DNA from: Vibrio vulnificus CMCP6
Lineage (GTDB): Bacteria > Pseudomonadota > Gammaproteobacteria > Enterobacterales > Vibrionaceae
DNA: 32,000 bases
NCBI RefSeq assembly: GCF_000039765.1
Contig: NC_004460.2
Span: 510,001 to 542,000, forward strand
Reading direction: 5' to 3'
Below the pieces are notes generated by a model, which saw only the letters and a list, made by a program, of their open reading frames with translations, had not been told where the DNA came from and ran no database searches. Shown piece after piece: positions 12,401 to 21,400 of this stretch. Position numbers and translations under genes: made by a program. Every line of letters starts with the position of its first letter. Position 1 is the first letter of the stretch.

Positions 12401-15400
12401 TCGCCATAGCGTTTAAAGTCTTTCTCTAGTCCTTTCAGCACTTCGCCCGCTTCTACCGCTGCTTGCTCTGCATTGAACAGACCGGAGACAATTTGATCCA
12501 CGTACTGCCCCATCAAGCGGTTGCTCGCTTCGTGGCCATAGAAGGTTTGTTCACCCGTGACGTTGTAGCCAGCAATCGCGAGTTTAGCTCGTAGCTTCTC
12601 GCCTTCTTCGCCTAAGCCTTCGTTGTCCGTTAGCAGCAGAATCGGCGTCTCTTTTGGCAAGCCTTTTAGGTTCTTCTCCACTGAGAACTGGCCGTTAACC
12701 GCTTTCGCGATAGCCCCCACAATGCCCGCAGGATTCGCCACTTCATGAGCGGTGATCGCTTTGGTCATGCTTGGCATAGGACGGTCAAGCAATAAGCCAG
12801 ACACCGCTTGGCCGTTTTGCGCGGCATAACGTGCTAAATCTGCGGCAATTGGACCACCCATTGAGTAGCCGTGAATGATGATATTGCTTGGGTCAATACC
12901 CTTGTCGTTCACTAGGTAGTTGAACATGGTGCGAGCGTCTTGGTACAAGCCTTTTTCGCTTGGTCCGCCGTCGCTTTCACCATAGCCACGCAGGTTGACT
13001 GCGAGCATGTCGATACCTTGTTTTTGGTAGTGGTTGCGAATCTCGCTCGCTTGCTCTTCAGCAGAAGAACCAGAACCGTGCAAGAACAACACGACTTTGC
13101 CGCTGGTCGCGCTTGTTTCACCTTCGCTTGAAACCGCTCCCTGATGGTAATACCCCGTTAGACGACCCGCTTCCCCTTTGAGGGTAACTTTCTGCGATTC
13201 TCCATTTTCTACCGCATGGTCAAGTAAGGTTTGCGTGATTTCGCCAATCTTACGACGTGCGTCTTTCTCACCATATAACTCATTGTTGAGGAATCGAGTC
13301 AGTGGGCTAAGAGATTCTTTATCGCGCGGTGGCGTGCCATCATTTTCAATCGCCACGTTTTCTTTGTGCTTCTCATTACCTGACAAGGCATCAAGGACAT
13401 CAGTGACTTGATGACTTTGCTTCTTCGCGGCAATTTCAAGCTGAGCTTCCTGCAGCGCCTGACCAAAGTTGAAAAGCTCTGTCGGCGTCCAAACACCAAA
13501 CTTAGGTCGCCATGTGTGGCCGATAAGTTTGTCAGCGCCACCCGCTTTCAAAACTTTTGCGACGGTACTTGAGCAGTTTTTGGTCAATAACTGATATCGA
13601 GCATCCGGATCGTTGCTTAGACGGTTCCATTCAGCTTGCATCGCCGCCACATCCAACCCTTCTAGGTTAATGCGGAACACTCGGCCTTCATCTGCTTGGC
13701 TGGCCTTAAAGGCTTCGATTTCTTCCAGCGCTCTTTCAGCAAACAGGCGAACCACGTTGTCGATGCGTTTTTCCACTAGGGCGGGATCACCACTTGCCTG
13801 AGCTTGTTTCTGTAGCTCTTCAGCAAAACGGTTTGCTACGTCCATCATGTCGTAGCTGGTGTCATTCCATTGGTCGACGAATGGCTGGAATACATGCGCA
13901 GGAATGCCTGTCGATGCAAGCATATCTGGATTGCCCAGTAGCACACTCGCATAGCCTTCAGAAGCATCTTTGTATGAAGCATCAATACCTTTCGCGGCGT
14001 TGAGTTTTTCGATAAAGCGTTTCAGCTTAGTTTCACCATCTTTCAAACCAAAGCCGTCGTTTTCTTCCGATGCCATATCGTGCTCAAGTGTGTCATTTTG
14101 ATGAGCAGGTTGGCTGAAATCGCTCCAACGTAGTTTAAGATCCGGCTGATCTTCTGTTGCAACGTTGAAGATATTGCGGATATTGGATGACTTGCTACCG
14201 AGTGGCCACCAACTCACGTAATTCTGCTTATTGAAGTCTGCTGCGGCTTGACCTTCAAGCTGCGTGCGACCTTGGCCAATTTGCAATGCGGCATGACCTA
14301 GTGCGCTGTGATCACTCGGCTTCCAGATGTACATGGTCGCGCTCACTGGCGACATGTGCTGTTCAATCGCTTGGTGTACTTTGTTTAAACCAGCAATATC
14401 AATGCCTTTACCATCTTTTGCCAGATCGTTTGCAGAAAGCCCTGCGAAGATCGTATCGGCAACGACTTGACCATACTCATGAGTTACGGCTGCTTTTACT
14501 TTTTCAAGTACAGCATCGCTACCACCTAGCTGATCGATAGTGGCTAGGTTGCCTTTGCCCTTAGTGACGAAATCGCCGTTTCCATCCAGATACAGATGTT
14601 TACTTTCTTTTAAGTTGGCATTATCAAGCTGGTCATATAGGCGGCTAAAGCTATCGTGCGCTTTGATGCTTTGCTCAGAGACCGCAAGAACAGAGACTTC
14701 TTCCAGACGAGAATTCACCTGATTTAACAGTGAGTTCATTGCTTCCACACGGCCAGAATCCGGATGCCCGAGTACATAACCTTCAATCTGTTTACGCAGG
14801 TTGAGCAGTTTTTCCACAGATTCTAGTTCGTAATCTGCGTGTTCAACCGTACTCGCATGATACTCCGTCAGGGCGTCGATCACTTGTTGGTAACTATCAC
14901 CGCGAACTTTACCGTTCACATGAGCAGCATCGAGTAGCTCAGTGACAGACATCAGTTCAACATTGGTGTTGTACGTCCAAGCACCGTCTTCTTTTTGCAC
15001 TATAATTCGCGTGCGGCCATCGTGATGCGAGAGCACCTTGTTATCCACTAAGAAAAGTTCATCTGGCATCTGCTCGAAGTTGTCGAAGTTTGCCAAGATA
15101 AAGCGCTCAATGGATTTTTGTTGAGCTGCATCTTCTGGGTTATCAAGCAGAATAGTCTTGCTCTTTCCATCGATTCCCGGCCATGAGCGAACTTCAAATC
15201 CTTCTTCGCCTTCTTGCACTAAGAGGTTGCGCTCAGTACGAAGTGAATAGAATGGTAGAGATTCACGCAACATGCTATCGATCGCACTTAGCTTCACATC
15301 CAACTCAACCAGCGTATCGGCTTTGTAACCATCTGGATTGTCGGCCAAAAGCTCAGCTTGTCTCTCGTGACTCAACGCATCAAAGCGTACTTTAACGGCA

Positions 15401-18400
15401 ACACCTGCATCGGTAAGTCGGCGTCCAATCTGGTCTGCTGGTAGATCTTTGTACTCGGATACTGGCTTATCAAGCAGTCGAATTTCACCGACTAACCCTT
15501 CACGCTGCAATTGGCGTAATGCAGGTAGCTCAACATTCCAGAAATAGTTGCCAAGACGCACACCACCTTCTGCGATGACATACACATCATTTTGTGCCCC
15601 CGTCGCATAGACCGAACTCCAAAAACCTGTATTGCTGAACGTTGCTGCATCAATTGACGATTTCAATTGATTTTGCTCGGCGTTATCTGGGTCAAGGAAC
15701 AGGCCACCCCAACGCATTAAATGCTTATTCAGGTCGATTGCAAATGCGTTGCCTTTAACATCGATGTCGTACACGACCTTTTTGCCATCAGTCTGGGCAT
15801 TGTCGAGAACGTCTCGGTATTGCTTGAAGTTTTTACCAGACCAGAAGGAAACAATGCTTTTCTCTGCGTGTGGCGCTTCAAAACTATAACCATAGCTCTC
15901 AAGCTTAGTGAGAAACTCAACGCGTTTGTCCCAGTCATAATCGAGCGTCGCTTCAACAAACAAAGTGGCTAATGCTTCCGCTTGATCTTTCGGTACTTGA
16001 TTGTCGGTGTGTTCGATGTAACCGCTCATAGATTGAATCATGCGCTGCTTGACTTCATCAGAGACATCAGCATCGACGCGTTCAAAGCCAGGGACAGGTA
16101 CATACTTGTCCGTCGCCACGTCATTATCAGTGTCTAGCCAGCGATAGAGATTCGCCACTTTTTCCGCGCGAGCAGCCACAAGCGATTCAGCAGAGTCATG
16201 CGAAGTTTCACCAAGCCCCTCTAAGTTCACCCCAGAAATGCGGATCTCTTTTCGGACCAAATCCTGAGACGCAGTGGTTGGCACCACAATGCTGTCGGAG
16301 TTTGTTTCGGTGAACATTGAGGTGATGGTGCTACCGCTGTTCTTTCCGCGAATACCTGCGTTAATTTGCAGACGGTTCACTGCGTTTGTCGCACCTTCCA
16401 GCGCTTCTTGCTCTTGTTCGCTTAGACCTTCACTGAATCGACCATCGGCGTTTGTTTGGCTGTCAGTGGTGACATGACTGCCCGTTTCGCCAGCACCTTC
16501 CACGCTATGAGCGTTACCTGAAAGACCGCTGCCAGCCACGCCTTCACGGTCAGGGCGATCGCCTTCGTTTTGCTTGGTCCCTTTGGCATCATTCTGCGCT
16601 TGGTTGGCTTTGTTTTCGGCATTCATCGTATCGCGATCACCACGCGATTGCGCGTCGTTTGCGGCGCTGTGTGCGTCAGATTCGGCCTGTTTCGCATCGT
16701 TACTTTTCGCCACAGCATCGGCTTTGCGTGTTTCTGCATCGGCTTTAGCTTCGGCAATGTCTTGCTCTGCACCTGCGCGATTTTGCTCACCTTTTGCCAC
16801 ACCCGCTTCAGATTTCGCAACGGATTCTTTGACTTTGCTGTTATTGTCAGACTGCGCCTGCTTCGCTGCAGCAATCTTGTCATTCGCGAGTTGCTTGGCA
16901 TCGTCGAGCTGGCTTTGAACGCCATCGAGCAGACCACCGGCAAAATCATTGCGCCATTGGTCGCCGGACTCGCCACTATGCGTTGCTTGGCCATCAAGCA
17001 CATCGAGACCTTGCGCCAGTTTTGTCAACTCGGCGGTCACGGCTTCCGACTCTTCTTTCACCGCATCACGTTGAGCTTGACCGTTATTTCCTAGCGCTTG
17101 TTGGTCGGTCGACTCCAACTGACTTTGTGACCCTGCGACAGCATCAAGCTGTTTCTGCTTTTCTTGTTCAAGACGTTGGCGATCCGCTTCTGCGCGCTCT
17201 TTATCTGATAGGGCATTCTGCGACGCTTGATTTTGTGTCGCGTGCTCACTCACTGCGTTGGCTTGTTGCGACGATTCCGATTTCGCCACGACATTATCTA
17301 GGATATAGCCCAGTCCATCATTGTGGCCTGTGCCTTTGAATTCGATTCGGTTACTGCCGGCATGCGCGGTCAGTTTTAAGGTTTTTTGCTGCCAAGCAGA
17401 GGCATCACCAGACGATGAGAAAACGACTTCGCCATTCCAAAGAACTTCAATGCCTTCGTTATTCGATAGACCTGCACGTTTCGCAAAATCAAAGCTCACA
17501 GCAATGACTTCACCTTCCGTAAGATCGGTCAGATCTTGATAGAGACTGGTGTTGGTGTAGGTATCCAGTTCCGTCACACGTGCGCCGTGGCCTTCACCGT
17601 TCACGCCATAGACATTGCCCGAATAGGAAGCTTCAACACCGTGTGTCGATTTCCAACCACGATCACCTTGCTCAAAATCACCATTCACAATGAGATTCGG
17701 GGCTTGAGTTTGATCAGCAGATCCGTCAACGTCGAGTGCATTTTGCATCTTGTTGAGATCTGGGGTATCTACCTTAGTAACACTGCCGGTTAGGCTATCG
17801 CCCAAGTCCGAGCCCACTTCTTCAATGGCTTCCATTTGGAAACCATCCAGCTTGGTGATTTCCGGTGTTGCAATCGCACCACGGCCTTTTTGCGTACCGG
17901 ATGACGATGCTTCATCACCTTGAACCAAGTAGTTGATTGCTTGGCTACCACCGACACCAAGTAGGGTTTGCTTGATATTATCAAACAGTGCTGAGAGCTT
18001 GTTGCTGCTGGTGTTGCTTGACGCAACAGCCAAACTGTAAAAATCGCCGTTACCAACTTTGATTGCAACGTTGTTTTGTGCGTAAGAGGCATTGATGTTG
18101 AGGCCATCGCCCACGTGAATATTGGCGTTAGCTTTGCCTTTCATCACGGCAACATTCAGGCCATCACCCACTTTCGTGTTGATGTTATATTTGCCCCAAG
18201 CGACGTTGACGGATACGCCATCACCGACTTTGGTATTGATGTTGGCATCACCATAGGCGGCTGTCACACTCAAGCCATCACCAACGGTGGTAGTGATATT
18301 GGCTTTGCCTTTTGCTGCCGTCACCTGCATACCATCACCCACTTTGGTGACGATGTTGCCTTTGCTCCAAAGTGCGTTAAAGCTGTCGCCATCCCCCACT

Positions 18401-21400
18401 TGGGTCACGATGTTGGCTTCACCTTTTGCCAGTACCACGTTACGGCCATTACCCACTTTAGTAATGACGTTCGCTTTACCCCAAGCTCCGGTGTAGTCGT
18501 CGCCATTGCCCACATGAGTAATGATGTTGGCTTTACCTTGCACCACGGAGACTTCTTGGCCATCACCTACTTTGGTGATGATATTGGCTTCACCTTTGGC
18601 AAAGTTATAGCGATCACCGTCGCCCACTTGGGTAAACACGTTTGCTTGCCCCCAAGCAACATTGACGCCCAAACCATCACCGACTTTGGTAATGATGTTT
18701 GCCTTGCCTTTGGCAATACCAATGGTCGTGCCATCTCCGACGTGGGTCATTACGTTGCCGATATCGGAAATCAACAACCCTACCGTGGTGCCTTCACCCA
18801 CTTTAGTTAGGATATTGCCTTTACCAGCCAACACAGCCGCGGTTGTTGCATCACCAACATGAGTCACAACGTTGGCTTTTGCTGCCGCCACAACACCCAT
18901 GAAATCATCACCCACTTTGGTGACAATATTGGCTTCGCCCAGTGCTAACACGCCCGTTAGACCATCGCCGACATGCGTCATGATGTTGGCTTTACCGAAC
19001 ATCGCCGCCAAGGTTGTGCCGTTACCGACCTTGGTCATCACGTTCACTTCGCCCGCGAATATTCCTAGGCTGGTTCCATCACCGACATGGGTGTAGATGT
19101 TGGCTTTACCGACCATCAGTGCCGCGGTGAGATCATTGCCCACTTTGGTCATGATGTTGGCTTGGCCGATCATTGCAGCAAACGTGCTGCCACTGCCTAC
19201 GTGAGTGAAGATATTGGCGTTACCAACCATTGCAGCGAGTGTGGTTCCATTACCCACTTTTGTCGCAACGTTGCCTTTGGCTAACATCAGTGCGACCGAC
19301 ATACCATCACCAATGTGAGTGAAGACGTTGGCTTCTGCCACCATTAACGCGAGAGCATCACCGTTGCCGACTTTGGTAAAGACGTTACCCAAACCGCCCA
19401 TCAGCGCCCAAGCATTCCCTTCGCCCACATGGGTAAAGATGTTGCCGGCACCAATCATGACCGCAATAGAGGTTCCATCACCCACTTTGGTGAAGATGTT
19501 ACCCGCTGCGCCCATCACGCCAAGAGTTTGGCCATCACCAACATGCGTTAGCACGTTGCCAACACCAAGCATTATGCCGGTCGTGTCGCCGTTACCTACT
19601 TTGGTGAGAATGTTCGCACCACCGACCATTACGCCAGTTGTTGTACCATCACCCACATGCGTCAGCACGTTTGCGCCACCGCCCATCACCGCAAGGGTAT
19701 TCCCTTTGCCTTTTTTGGTGAGAATGTTAGCACCGCCTAAGGCTACGGCTGTGGTATTCGAGGTTTCATTGTCGCCGCTAATGTGGGTAATCACGTTTGC
19801 GCCGCCCAACATACCTGCGGTTAGATCGCCGTCACCCACTTTGGTGAGCACGTTCGCGCCGCCAGCCAGTACCGATGCTACATCACCTTTACCCACTTGC
19901 GTCATCACGTTGAAGCCGCCCGCCGCCAACCACAAGCCGTTGCCGGAGCCAATTTGGGTATGGGTGTTGTAACCACCGAGCATAACGACACGGCTGTTGC
20001 CATTGCCTTTGTGCACGGAAATGTTGCCGTAAGCCAGCAAATGCGCAAGGTATTGACCATCGCCAATACGAACCAGTACGTTTACCGCACCGCCCGCGTA
20101 AACATCCATCTTGCCTTGCTTGCTTTGGTGTACCAACACGTTCGCCAAACCCGCGCCGCGGAAGGTGAGATCCCCTTCTTCGCCACTTTTGACAATCACG
20201 TTTGCCGCGCCACCACCGTTGAACTCGGTATGACCAAATTGCGAACTGTGGAGGATGACGTTAGCGATACCGCCACCATTAAAGTAGACATTGCCGCGAG
20301 TCACATTGGACTTGATGACGTTACCGCCACCCGCACCATTGAAGCGCACATCACCAGAGCTTTCACCGCTATCGGTCGCTGGCTTAAACAAGGTTTGATC
20401 GGTGTACTCGTCGATGTCGGCCACGGTTTCGCTGGTGCTTCTTACCGCGTTCACACTGTAATGCAGATCGCTGAGTGAGTAGCCGCCTTTGCCCATCGAG
20501 TGATATCCGTTTGCAGACGAAATATCTTCATTGGCTAGGTTTGCGGTGTGATTACCCTCTTTGTACCAAGAGCGAGCTTGATACTTAAGCGCCCCTGTTT
20601 TGGGATCATTAGCAAGTTCAACCACCACAATTTTTGTGTAAGGCCCAAGCACTTTTGCGTAAACATAAGTATTTGGTTTTCGGTTTGATTTCACCGCTTG
20701 AACATCGACTGTCGTCCCATCGGTCGAGATGGCGTGACCGCCCATTTTCGCCTCTGATAATGCCACATCTTTCGCATCAATCAGTGCGCCATTGGCGTAG
20801 GTCACCCACTCATATTCGGTCAGGTCCTTCTCGACAGCATGAACGGTTAACGATTGCTGATGCTCAACGGCAATATTAGAAAGGGTGTAACCACCATTGA
20901 TTGGATTGACTTCAAAACCACCAGCAGAAGAGACATCAGAACGAGCAAGCTCCGCTAAATGATTACCGCGCTTGAACCAAGCTTCAGAGTAGTATTTGAG
21001 TTTGCCCGTTTCTGGATCGTTATAGAGACGAACTTTGTTGATTTTGGTGTAAGTACCATCTGCGATAGCAAACAGATAAGTATTTGGCTCTCGCTCTGAT
21101 TTTACAGCGGTAACCGCATGGAACTTGTTGCCGTTATCAATCGATAAACCATGCATCTGCGCTGCGGTGAGAACAATGTCTTCCGCTTTCGCGTATTCCA
21201 TACCTTGAGCATCAAAGCTACTACCACTGCCTTTTCGTGTAATGGTGTTATAAGCACCGCCACCGGAGAAATGGATGTCACCGTGTGCCACATCGGAGTA
21301 AAGGCTGTTGTAACCACCGACACCTTCAAAGCGAATGTTACCGCGTGTTTGTGCGTAAACATCTTCCGCTTGGCGTGTACGCTCAATGCGGTTTGATGCC

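Noticed and set aside
18031-20049. Regular 60-nt periodicity that could superficially suggest a CRISPR array or satellite.
   Set aside because: The period is the 20-aa B repeat of the toxin ORF. The units are contiguous with no spacers, in frame, and only ~16 nt of each unit is conserved at the DNA level.
6592-21396. Many long plus-strand ORFs inside rtxA (for example 18076-18810 at 244 aa, 19319-19972 at 217 aa, 19897-20478 at 193 aa, 16570-17094 at 174 aa, 6592-7065 at 157 aa).
   Set aside because: All are antisense to an uninterrupted 5206-aa gene with unmistakable domain content. Their translations are low-complexity mirror images of the Gly/Asp/Val/Thr-rich repeats (for example PSPTLV.. 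periodicity) with no start context. They are a typical artefact of repetitive, stop-poor antisense frames.
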